The notes under the pieces: model-generated
Told to the model about the DNA's origin: nothing
Databases searched by the model: none
Seen by the model: the letters and a program-made list of their open reading frames with translations, nothing else
DNA from: Opitutales bacterium
GTDB taxonomy: Bacteria; Verrucomicrobiota; Verrucomicrobiia; Opitutales; JABSRG01
Direction of reading: 5' to 3'
NCBI GenBank assembly: GCA_049599475.1
Contig: JBMYOQ010000013.1
Coordinates: 1 to 64,000 of the forward strand
Length of the DNA stretch: 64,000 nucleotides
Shown: positions 30,526 through 39,719 of the stretch, piece by piece
Numbering within the stretch: position 1 is the first letter of the stretch
How the letters are laid out: each line of letters begins with the position of its first letter
Program-made: the position numbers and the translations under genes

Positions 30526-31113
30526 TTAAAATCTACGTTCTACCACGTGAAGGGTGTCACCATCAATTAGCGGAAAATCACTCGTATTCGGGTTCGATAT
30601 AATTTCATCCAAATTCAGCTCTCTCGTGATAATCTCGCCTGACTCCAACACGCGTTTCAGTTGGATTCGACTAAGATTCGCTAAGCGGGTAGTGCCCCCA
30701 GCTTGAGCAATGGCATCAGAAAGGAACAAAGGTCTGTCAGGCGGAATGAGCACCACGCCTGGTCTGTGGACTTGGCCCAACACATTAACATTGCGCGCAG
30801 CATACTCGATAACCTGGAGACTCAGTTGAGGGTTCACAAAGTAATCCGCATCATAACGTTTGAAGAGATATTGCTGAGCATCAGAAACGGTCATCGAACC
30901 CAATCGTACCATGCCAACTAAGGGCAATCGGACAGATCCATCTGCTTCAACCCTGACTTGAGCCTCCATATCAGGCTCCTGAAATATACGAAAATGGAGA
31001 ATATCACTCGGCTGAATCACATAATTCAAACCTACGCTACCGGAACTGTTTCCGCCAGATTGGGCCAGAGCAGCTGTCCAACTAGCGAGTAAAATGATAA
31101 GGAATCTTGCCAT
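30526..31113 (-). CDS. Short polysaccharide export protein (OPX/Wza-like; Poly_export + SLBB)
   Basis: YVIQPSD, DGSVRLPLVG, NVLGQVHRPG, IAQAGG; no lipobox and no C-terminal OM helix. Confidence 0.9.
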   Translation of the reverse strand: MARFLIILLASWTAALAQSGGNSSGSVGLNYVIQPSDILHFRIFQEPDMEAQVRVEADGSVRLPLVGMVRLGSMTVSDAQQYLFKRYDADYFVNPQLSLQVIEYAARNVNVLGQVHRPGVVLIPPDRPLFLSDAIAQAGGTTRLANLSRIQLKRVLESGEIITRELNLDEIISNPNTSDFPLIDGDTLHVVERRF

Positions 31114-31116
31114 GAC

Positions 31117-31151
31117 AAAAAAAGAGACTGCCGACAGATATCGACAATCTC
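31117..31151 (-). terminator. Intra-operon terminator ending 3 nt before the OPX start codon
   Basis: gagattgtcga-N6-tcggcagtctc followed by T7, then gtcATG. Confidence 0.7.
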
Positions 31152-31193
31152 AAGAAATATTAAATCTAAGGCTAAAAGAAGCCGAACGTCCGA

Positions 31194-32336
31194 CTAGTAA
31201 CGAAGACTCGCAGTCAACTCCACGACGGTGTTGTCGTAATCAAGGTTGATGGTCGAGTCATTCTCGAGATAATATGCTGTCAGGCCAAAGTTCAGATAAC
31301 CATTCGGGGAGTAGTAAACGCCCACACCTCCAGTAACCATATCGTCCTCGCGGTCGGTTGAGATGTAATCGTCGCTCAGGAACGAAATGAAGGGTGCGAC
31401 AGTCCAGAGATCGTTGATCGAGTATATACCTTCCACTGACGCAGTTGACGACTCGATAGGATTACCAGCAACGGTACTCGCAAAGTCCTGGCTAATATTA
31501 AGCTTAACATTAAGCTTGGGTGTCGCTTCCCAAGAAAGTGCGCCTGCTACGTAAAGCAATGTCTCATCACCTCGAGAACCAGAATCAAAACTTCTCTCGG
31601 TGTAACCAATATCAAACTCTCCCTTGAGTTTCGGAAGAATCGTACCGTCCACACCCACAGTCAATCTTACGTCCTCTGGATCAACGCCTACTTGAGTTGG
31701 AGTATCATCAATATCCGCTTTTCTGTAGTTCGCACCAACAGTAAGATCCCACAATGGGCTCATCGCGTAAAAACCTTTTACGCCAAAGTTGAACACATCT
31801 CTATCCGCAAGAACCGCTCCGAAAGTTCCCACGTAATCCTGAGCGAGAAATGTAGAATTCACTCGCGCCTTCACCTTTTTCGATACCTGGTAGGTCACAT
31901 CGCCGCCAAACTGGAGATTCTCAACCTCGATTAGGCTACCCGCGCGTTGCTGTGTCTTCTGCTGTTCCTCAGTAAATAAAGCGTCGAAATTCGCTGAGAT
32001 TACAGGAGATCCATAGTTAGCATTGAAGTATACCAGAAGATTATCCACATCGAACTGGTCGTTGTCAGTGTAACGCAAGAATTCGTTTTGCACGGTGAGA
32101 CTCGCATCCCAAATTGTTTCGCCGCGGAACAAGTCGAACTCGAGCCCTGGAGTGACAGTGAAGATCACATCGTCAAGAGCGTTCGTCGGCGAGTATGTCA
32201 CGTTGTCGTCGACAGTCACCGCGGTATCGAGTTTAAAAAAGATATCAACGTTGTCGCCAACAGAGATCATCGGGGCTGCACTCGCGATTGTCGCAGAGAC
32301 AGCTGAGGCAATGGCCAGAGAGGTGGCTAATTTCAT
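31194..32336 (-). CDS. Outer membrane beta-barrel protein associated with EPS export
   Basis: Signal peptide, alternating beta-strand pattern, C-terminal LTASLRY, upstream of OPX and wzc. Confidence 0.82.
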   Translation of the reverse strand: MKLATSLAIASAVSATIASAAPMISVGDNVDIFFKLDTAVTVDDNVTYSPTNALDDVIFTVTPGLEFDLFRGETIWDASLTVQNEFLRYTDNDQFDVDNLLVYFNANYGSPVISANFDALFTEEQQKTQQRAGSLIEVENLQFGGDVTYQVSKKVKARVNSTFLAQDYVGTFGAVLADRDVFNFGVKGFYAMSPLWDLTVGANYRKADIDDTPTQVGVDPEDVRLTVGVDGTILPKLKGEFDIGYTERSFDSGSRGDETLLYVAGALSWEATPKLNVKLNISQDFASTVAGNPIESSTASVEGIYSINDLWTVAPFISFLSDDYISTDREDDMVTGGVGVYYSPNGYLNFGLTAYYLENDSTINLDYDNTVVELTASLRY

Positions 32337-32522
32337 AGAAGAGAGTAGTTTGTCCTGTTGAGGTTTCTAAATCCTGAACGCGAATTGATTGCGCTCTATC
32401 AATAGATGGCAAGATCATTTCTGGTTTTCGTCAAAAAAACTATAATCTAAGAATAAAATCGAGCGAAAGTTGATTGATTAAAAAGCATTTCCCCCGATTG
32501 TGAAAATGAACCCAAAAGATTC

Positions 32523-34160
32523 ATGTCGCAAGAAACCCCAATTCGCAGACCCAAACTATTCGGCTTCGCTTTCTATGAACGCTCAAATGATGGCCGATGG
32601 CGCCTTCATTTGAGATGGGGTCGTATTCTTTCACTTTTCCTTAGCCTCACGATCATCGGATGGCTCTCATGTGGCCTAGGTCTCTACCTCTTCTTCAAAT
32701 ATAAACGCGATTACGACGAGGTCTCCTATGCTAAAATGCTGATTCTCCCCCTCCGTTATGAGCAGCACCGTAGCGAAATGGGGAACTACCATATCGAGAA
32801 AGCAAAGGAGCTTTTCGCAGAGGGAGATTTTGGTCCTGGAATCACCTTCCTCAGAGCGGGCGTCATGCGCGCGACCGAGAATATTGAAGGCAGGCTCCTC
32901 CTAGCGGAGATTTTCTTGAGCGGCTACCGCCAACCCGAAATGGCAATCGAGCTGTTGAAACAAGGCGCACCTTACGGCTACCAAGATATCGATTACGTAC
33001 GTAGCACAGTTCGGCTTATGCTTCGTCAGCATCAAGATATGGAGCTCCTGCAACTCGCCGACGAATTCCTCCCTAAACTATCCGAGAATGAGCAGGTCGC
33101 CAAGATCTTCGCTGTAGGTTCGGCATCGGCAGCATTCTATCGCGGAATGTATGATACAGCCGAAGATTTCATAAACGAGTACGATCTCAAGAACTCGCCC
33201 GAAGGCCTGATCCTGAGCTCAAAGATACTAAGCGCACGCGGTCAAAATGTAGACGCTATCGTTTTGCTCGAGAACAATGCCAATCGTTTCAGCAATCGAG
33301 AGCTCATCTTCATGGAGCTCATTCGCGCTCACCGTGAAGCCGGAAACCTCGATAAGGCTCGCCAGTATGCTATCCTGCGAAACCTCAACAACCCGCTTAA
33401 CCCGGGCCCGCGCATCGAACTCCTCCATGCATACAACTATTCCGAGCAAACGGACCGCCTCGCCGAGGAAATCGACAATTACATTGATCAATTCGGCTCA
33501 GAGGAACGTTCCCTGGCACTTCTCGCAGAATTCGGGGCAAAGACCGGAAACGCTTCGCTGAACAGAGACATCTACAATTTGGCTATCGAAAACAGTTTCG
33601 ACCTGTCCCTTTTCTCATACCTCGTAATCGAGGCCGAGAACTCCGCGGGGAACTTCAAAGATGCGCTCAATCTTGTCGCCCAAATTCTTGAGGAAAAACC
33701 AATCTGGCTCGACGAGCGCTCGCCCATCCTGAGTGCTCTCCGCGCAGTATCCTACTACGGCGATGGCCAGGATGCAAAGGGCTCTATCTACCTGAAAGAA
33801 ATTCTCCAAAATCCCGACGTTCGCAACCAGACACTGCTCGCGCTTTCGACGACCCTAAAAGATCTAGGCCGGCTCGAAGAAGCCAGATCCATCCTGGAAG
33901 CCGCTTACGAAGAGACTCCGGAAAACCAAGGGGCCCTTTCAGCACTCATGCGCTTGGATATTGAGCTGGGGCGCATCGACGACCTCAACGAGAAGTTGGT
34001 CAACCTACTTTCCATGCGACGCCCCCCTTACGACCTCCTCCAATTGGCTTATGACAGCTTGGGAAGCGACAAATTCATGTTCACTCCGAATAGGAATTCT
34101 GTCATCCAGCAGCTCGCAGAGATCCTTCGAGAAAGGTCCGCTAACAGCTCGGGCGTTTAG
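32523..34160 (+). CDS. Membrane-anchored TPR-like protein
   Basis: N-terminal TM followed by helical repeats (LKDLGRLEEARSILEAAYEETPEN). Confidence 0.75.
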   Translation: MSQETPIRRPKLFGFAFYERSNDGRWRLHLRWGRILSLFLSLTIIGWLSCGLGLYLFFKYKRDYDEVSYAKMLILPLRYEQHRSEMGNYHIEKAKELFAEGDFGPGITFLRAGVMRATENIEGRLLLAEIFLSGYRQPEMAIELLKQGAPYGYQDIDYVRSTVRLMLRQHQDMELLQLADEFLPKLSENEQVAKIFAVGSASAAFYRGMYDTAEDFINEYDLKNSPEGLILSSKILSARGQNVDAIVLLENNANRFSNRELIFMELIRAHREAGNLDKARQYAILRNLNNPLNPGPRIELLHAYNYSEQTDRLAEEIDNYIDQFGSEERSLALLAEFGAKTGNASLNRDIYNLAIENSFDLSLFSYLVIEAENSAGNFKDALNLVAQILEEKPIWLDERSPILSALRAVSYYGDGQDAKGSIYLKEILQNPDVRNQTLLALSTTLKDLGRLEEARSILEAAYEETPENQGALSALMRLDIELGRIDDLNEKLVNLLSMRRPPYDLLQLAYDSLGSDKFMFTPNRNSVIQQLAEILRERSANSSGV

Positions 34161-34225
34161 GTAAAACCGACCGACTCTCCAATTTTCCTGTTTGCCAATT
34201 TCCCAAAGCTATCTTGGCTGAAGAG

Positions 34226-35029
34226 ATGTCTGCCAACAGCTTCTCATTGCTCGGATCAAGCAGCTCCGGCAATTCGGGGTTCCTCGAGACAGATCATTCA
34301 AAAGTTCTCATAGACTTAGGGTTCAGTGGGCGCCGAACTCTAAAATTTCTAGAGCAACTTGGGACATCAATCACGGAGATAGACGCGATTTTCCTCACCC
34401 ACGAGCACAGTGATCACGCGACTGGGCTCAGCGGGCTCTCCAAACATCCAGACATCCAAATATATGCCAATCGAGATACCGCGCGTGCCATCCAGTCCAA
34501 ACTGAAATGGCGCCCCAACTGGAAGATTTTCGAGACGGGTAGCACATTCAAGGTGGGTGACATCGAGGTGTCGGCCTTCTCGGTGCCCCACGACGCCTAT
34601 GATCCTGTCGGCTACACGTTCACTTGGGGCTACGGCGACCTTTTCTCTCCAATCCAAAGCCTAGCTTGGGCTACGGACATGGGCTATGTGCCGGAATCTG
34701 TCAAAAATCACCTGAAAAGCGTCGATACCCTGGTGATTGAGGCCAACTACGATGAAGACCTACTCGAAAAAGACCTAAAGCGGCCCTGGTCAGTCAAACA
34801 GCGCATTCGTGGCAGGCATGGACACCTCTCGAACCAGGACGTCATTAAACTTTTTAAAGAAATCGAACGCCCCAACTGGAAACAGGTATTCCTTGTGCAT
34901 CTCAGTCGCGACTGTAACTGCAAAGACCATGTGAAAAACCTTTTTTCCTCGATTGCGGACTATTCCAGGAAATTCGAACTTTCTATCGTGGATCCCGAGG
35001 AATTCTGTCCAAAACCCATATTTTTTTGA
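34226..35029 (+). CDS. MBL-fold metallo-hydrolase (YycJ/WalJ-like)
   Basis: SSSSGN, THEHSDH, PHDA, EANYD, GHLSN, HLS. Confidence 0.92.
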   Translation: MSANSFSLLGSSSSGNSGFLETDHSKVLIDLGFSGRRTLKFLEQLGTSITEIDAIFLTHEHSDHATGLSGLSKHPDIQIYANRDTARAIQSKLKWRPNWKIFETGSTFKVGDIEVSAFSVPHDAYDPVGYTFTWGYGDLFSPIQSLAWATDMGYVPESVKNHLKSVDTLVIEANYDEDLLEKDLKRPWSVKQRIRGRHGHLSNQDVIKLFKEIERPNWKQVFLVHLSRDCNCKDHVKNLFSSIADYSRKFELSIVDPEEFCPKPIFF

Positions 35030-35077
35030 CACGGCTGCCCTTTTTACCCATCCACAGACCCTTTCACACTCACACCT

Positions 35078-36568
35078 ATGAACGAATCACGGAGCGGCAT
35101 TACCACTGTACCTTTTCAGAAGGACAAGCCTTTGCCTAATACAACACCAAGTATTAGACAGACGAAAATTATTTTCACGATTGGTCCAGCGACTATGAGC
35201 GAAGAAGCTCTAGAGAAGCTGATTCTCCAAGGAGTGGACATCTGCCGTATCAATATGGCGCATGCTTCCCACGACTGGACCCGTGAAATCTGCCAACGGG
35301 TAATAAAGGTATCCGAGAAGGTGGGTCGCGAGATCGCCATAATGATGGACGTCAAGGGCCCCGAGATCCGCACCGGTAAGGTCGGCGAGGAACCATACAT
35401 CCTCGAAGAAGGCGAAATTTTCGATTTCATCACGAAACCGACAGACGAAGACCAATCTCTCGACGGGAAACGCTACATCGACGTCAACTATCCTGACCTG
35501 GACAAGGATGTCCATGTCGGCGACACCATCCTCGTAGATAGCGGACTCATGCGCCTAGAGGTCCTAGAGATCACCGATGGACGCATTCGCACGAAGGTCA
35601 TCATTCCTGGCCCACTGGGCAACAAACGCCACATCAACCTCCCAGGTGTCCGCGTAAACCTGCCTTCTCTTACCGAGAAAGACCACGGTGATATCAAAGT
35701 AGGTATCGAAGAGGGCATTGATTTCTTCGCTCTTTCTTTTGTGCGCGAGTCATACGACCTCGACATCCTTCGTCGTGCGTTGACCGACCAAAACTCGAAA
35801 GCGCTCATCATTGCGAAGATTGAGGATCAACAAGCGATTTCCAACCTAGATGACATCATCGCGGCCTCCGACGGTCTGATGGTAGCACGTGGCGACCTCG
35901 GTATCGAATGTCCTTACGATGAGCTTCCGATCATCCAACACCGCGCGATTAAGACATGCTTGCGCATCGGTCGCCCAGTGATCGTCGCAACCCACATGCT
36001 GGAGTCGATGATTGAAAATCCTGTCCCGACGCGTGCTGAGGTTTCCGACGTATCGACAGCAGTTTTGGAAAAGTCTGACTGCATCATGCTTTCGGGCGAG
36101 ACCACGACAGGTAAGTATCCTTTCGAATGTATTGAGGTCTTCAAACGCATCTCACTTCGCATGGAAGAAGCGAGCAGCACCGACAACTTCGACGGTGTTG
36201 AACTCAAAACCCCTAAGGCGAAGATGCTCAAGTCCGCAGCGCACCTCGCTAAGGATCTGGATAATTGCGCAATCGTCGTATTCACGCGCAGTGGCTATCT
36301 CGCCAAGATCATGTCTTCACTCCGTCCGAAAAGTCCAATTTTCGCGTTCACGGACAACCAAGACCTGTTCCGCTCACTCTTGATTCTCTGGGGCATCGAG
36401 CCATTCTATATGGACTTCGACGACAACCCAGAAACGACCATCGAAAACGCGCTCGCGATGCTCAAGAAGCGTCCATGGGTCTCCGCAGGCGACAACATCG
36501 TGATTATTACCAACGTCCTCTCGGGCGATTGCGTGATCGATTCGATTCAGTTGCGCAGAGCGCCGTAG
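35078..36568 (+). CDS. pyk: Pyruvate kinase
   Basis: [46 protein letters not shown]. Confidence 0.98.
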   Translation: MNESRSGITTVPFQKDKPLPNTTPSIRQTKIIFTIGPATMSEEALEKLILQGVDICRINMAHASHDWTREICQRVIKVSEKVGREIAIMMDVKGPEIRTGKVGEEPYILEEGEIFDFITKPTDEDQSLDGKRYIDVNYPDLDKDVHVGDTILVDSGLMRLEVLEITDGRIRTKVIIPGPLGNKRHINLPGVRVNLPSLTEKDHGDIKVGIEEGIDFFALSFVRESYDLDILRRALTDQNSKALIIAKIEDQQAISNLDDIIAASDGLMVARGDLGIECPYDELPIIQHRAIKTCLRIGRPVIVATHMLESMIENPVPTRAEVSDVSTAVLEKSDCIMLSGETTTGKYPFECIEVFKRISLRMEEASSTDNFDGVELKTPKAKMLKSAAHLAKDLDNCAIVVFTRSGYLAKIMSSLRPKSPIFAFTDNQDLFRSLLILWGIEPFYMDFDDNPETTIENALAMLKKRPWVSAGDNIVIITNVLSGDCVIDSIQLRRAP

Positions 36569-36590
36569 TCGATTTCCGATTTCAAACTTT

Positions 36591-36627
36591 AAAATACCCG
36601 TGGCTCCTCAGCCTCGGGTATTTTTTT
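36591..36627. terminator. Bidirectional terminator after pyk
   Basis: aaaatacccg...cgggtattttttt. Confidence 0.82.
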
Positions 36628-36629
36628 GC

Positions 36630-37190
36630 CTACATGTCGCTCCATCCAGGCAGCTCTCCCTGCTTATGGCGATAAGCATCGAGCAAATCATCGAGGGTGT
36701 GGACATCCAAATCTCCCACCCGGTCATCGTCATACTGATGCGCGGTAATTTTCCACGGATCTCCGTAGGCATCCAAACATGCTTGAGTCTGCGCCCAAAC
36801 CGCGAACGGCACAGACAACACCTCTCCCAAGTCCTGAACTTTAGCAACGGCATCATCAACCACCACAGATTCACAGAAGGGGAAATTAATATTAAAGTTC
36901 ACATGCACATCCCCAGGAACCTCATTCATGATGTGCTGAAACACGGGGATAGATGGCACGTTGTCCGCGCTCAGAGCCTCTGGTCTCCTTAGAACACGAG
37001 CGCCAAACCCATGAGCCACCCGCGCGATCAACTCGCTCTCGGTCGAGACCACGATTTCATCCAAAGACTTCGCGCCCTCCAACACCCGGATCCCCCACCC
37101 GACCATAGGCATACCATGGAAAGGCATCAGGTTCTTGTGGATGAGTCGCTTACTTCCCAAACGCGCAATTATCGATCCGACCACTCTCAT
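36630..37190 (-). CDS. Acylneuraminate cytidylyltransferase (NeuA/KdsB)-family protein, short
   Basis: IIARLGSKRLIHKN, VVSTE, RP..LS.D, DVHTLDD. Confidence 0.82.
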   Translation of the reverse strand: MRVVGSIIARLGSKRLIHKNLMPFHGMPMVGWGIRVLEGAKSLDEIVVSTESELIARVAHGFGARVLRRPEALSADNVPSIPVFQHIMNEVPGDVHVNFNINFPFCESVVVDDAVAKVQDLGEVLSVPFAVWAQTQACLDAYGDPWKITAHQYDDDRVGDLDVHTLDDLLDAYRHKQGELPGWSDM

Positions 37191-37257
37191 AATAATACCT
37201 TATCATATAGTCGTCTCTACCCCAGAAAACTAAGCAGTTTTTAATAGGGGAATCGAA

Positions 37258-38091
37258 TCAGGATCCTCTCAAAAGACTCTCAACATACCTGCAAAACACC
37301 GGGCTCCCCGAATAAAATGGAGTCTTACCTTGGTTGACGTGAAACGAGGTCATGGGGAAAATATCTTCTTCGATGAAGTGAAATTCCGCTCCAGCACCCA
37401 GCGCAATCGCATAGGCCGCAGCGATATCCCAAACGGAAACTTTAAAATCGATCACTCCGTCCATGAGCCCGTTCCCTATGTAAGCACCGGCCAGGGCTGC
37501 ACTTCCCAGAGAGCGCACTCGATACGTGCTCATCAGGGGCTCAAACTTGCACAAAATCTCCGGTTTCATCGGAAAATGGAGCCCAATCGTCGTTTGGCGA
37601 TCCAGAGCACTCCGATGCTCCGGTCGCAATTTTTTGCGTTTCTCCGTCACCCCAAAATCTGGACCACCCTCGATAAGCACGTCTCGAGTCATATCATAAA
37701 CAAACCCATAGATCGGGGTGCCACCCTTAAGCAAAGCCAGGGAGATAGAGCACACGGGATAGCCGTCTGCAAAATTCTTTGTTCCGTCAATCGGATCGAT
37801 AATCCAGGAAAATGGCGTGTCGAGCGCGAGCACTTCATCCGCAGGATTCGATTCTTCTGAGCAAAATACGTCTTCGGGAAAGTCCTCAGATAAGGAACCT
37901 ATGACTTTCTCAGAGATCGCGTAATCCGCAAAAGTCACCGGCGTCTGATCTTCTTTGAACTCGCGGGAAACACGTCCCAACTGATCTCTGAAAAAAGGGA
38001 TTTGCGCCTCCACAGCCACACGTCCCGCATTGATACGATGGCGAATTTCTTTGGCCCAATCGGGACCTCGTCTGCGGGATTTGCTAGGCAT
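37258..38091 (-). CDS. Inositol monophosphatase family protein
   Basis: SEE, IIDPIDGT.NF, RSLGSAAL, WDIAA. Confidence 0.93.
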   Translation of the reverse strand: MPSKSRRRGPDWAKEIRHRINAGRVAVEAQIPFFRDQLGRVSREFKEDQTPVTFADYAISEKVIGSLSEDFPEDVFCSEESNPADEVLALDTPFSWIIDPIDGTKNFADGYPVCSISLALLKGGTPIYGFVYDMTRDVLIEGGPDFGVTEKRKKLRPEHRSALDRQTTIGLHFPMKPEILCKFEPLMSTYRVRSLGSAALAGAYIGNGLMDGVIDFKVSVWDIAAAYAIALGAGAEFHFIEEDIFPMTSFHVNQGKTPFYSGSPVFCRYVESLLRGS

Positions 38092-38157
38092 AAGCGCTCA
38101 AGGATGAATTATCCTCAGGCGGGGAAAAGCCTAAACAGAGAAAATAAAGGGTGCGGC

Positions 38158-39555
38158 CTACTCCGAGTCGACAGGCGCCTGTTCAAAAGCGCCCCCAAGT
38201 GCTAGGTGCAAATTAACCCGATTTAAGAGATAAGAAGACTCCTGAGTAATGAGATCACGGCGCGCGTTGTCTGCTCGGCGCTGAGCCTCCAGGACCGTCA
38301 CAATATCATTCAGGCCACTCTGATAACGCTCCCAGGAGATCGTCTCAGCATCTGTTGAAGCCTGCGCTGCCTCGCGCTGAGCATCCAATCGCTCCGCGAA
38401 TAGCGTATCACTTGTAAGCGCGGACTCAACCTCCAGAAAAGCCCCCAAAACTGTTGAGACATAGTTATGTCCAGCCTGCACATACTGAGCCGTCGCAACA
38501 TCTTGCTCCGCCTCCAAACGTCCAAAATTAAACAGAGTGGTCCCGAGACCTCCGAAAATTGACCACACATTAAAGTCTGGATCCGTCAGATCACCGAGAT
38601 CCGAACTCGAATGTCCAAAGGATCCCGTTAGTGAAAGAGCCGGCAGGCGATTTTTGTGGGAAATCGATCTTCTGAAGGCCGCGGCGTCGAGACGCGCGCT
38701 CGCTTGAGCGATGTCTGGTCGGCGCTCAAGAAGCTCCGAAGGCAAACCCGAGGGAACCGATGCGGGGACCTGAGGCAGCTCATCAGAGACCGCGAGTACC
38801 CCAGCTGGGTAACGTCCCAAAAGAATTTCCAGCGAACGAATGGTTTCATCCAAATTATCTTTATTCGCAGCCACCGAGCTACGCGTCGACGCTGCCGTAG
38901 AGCGAATCAACTGCAAATCAAGCGCGGAGCTGATACCTCTCTCGAAGCGACTGTTTATGATTTCCACATTCTCCTCGTAAGACTCCAAGGTGCTCTCTGC
39001 TAAATTCAGCTGCTGCTTGGCGGCAATCGCCTGTATCCACAAACGCGCCACATTCGCCGCAAGGGACAATCGAGCTGCATCAAAACTCGCCTCAGACGCC
39101 AAATAGTCGAACTTCGCAGCATTTTTCGCATCACGCACTCGCCCCCAAATGTCGATTTCCCAACTCACTCCCAAGGACGCATTGGCGGATGTAGAATAAA
39201 TATTCTGTCCAGTCTGCGTGTTGGACAAGGAGCGGCGAAGTGATCCATCTGCAGTAATCGTCGGAAACAGCCGAGCACCCGAAATCTTCGCATTGAAAAA
39301 AGCCGCATCTAGAGACGCCATAGACGCCTGTATCGACGGATTTTTTTCCAGGGCCTCTTCCACGAGCTGCTCAAGCTCACTCGACTCAAAATCCGTGAGC
39401 CAAGCGTCTAGAATTTCCGCCCCACTTTCGGCATCTGAAGACCACGCTTCCGGAGTCTCGATCTCAGGAGTCGGGGCGTCCTTGGCATTCCAAGTCTCGC
39501 AGCCCGAGAATACCAAAATGAAAGAGCTAGTAATAAATCCTATTGTTTTACGCAT
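38158..39555 (-). CDS. Efflux outer membrane lipoprotein (NodT/OprM family)
   Basis: Lipobox FSGC, SWEIDIWGR, PSELLERRPDI, LHLALGG. Confidence 0.92.
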   Translation of the reverse strand: MRKTIGFITSSFILVFSGCETWNAKDAPTPEIETPEAWSSDAESGAEILDAWLTDFESSELEQLVEEALEKNPSIQASMASLDAAFFNAKISGARLFPTITADGSLRRSLSNTQTGQNIYSTSANASLGVSWEIDIWGRVRDAKNAAKFDYLASEASFDAARLSLAANVARLWIQAIAAKQQLNLAESTLESYEENVEIINSRFERGISSALDLQLIRSTAASTRSSVAANKDNLDETIRSLEILLGRYPAGVLAVSDELPQVPASVPSGLPSELLERRPDIAQASARLDAAAFRRSISHKNRLPALSLTGSFGHSSSDLGDLTDPDFNVWSIFGGLGTTLFNFGRLEAEQDVATAQYVQAGHNYVSTVLGAFLEVESALTSDTLFAERLDAQREAAQASTDAETISWERYQSGLNDIVTVLEAQRRADNARRDLITQESSYLLNRVNLHLALGGAFEQAPVDSE

Positions 39556-39719
39556 GAGTCGTTTGCGGTGTTTCCGGCACCATAAAATGTGGCAACCATT
39601 CCGCTCAAAGCGGCCCTGCGAGCAAACTCTGTGCACAGAAACGAATTTTTACGGGAATAAGGCCAACGCTTTGACAGCTCTCACACAGAACGTTCCATTT
39701 ATCACAACGCAAATTAACA

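Noticed and set aside
38158..39555. Orphan OprM-like gene as part of a new system
   Set aside because: Stand-alone outer membrane factors are common and nothing else here is unusual
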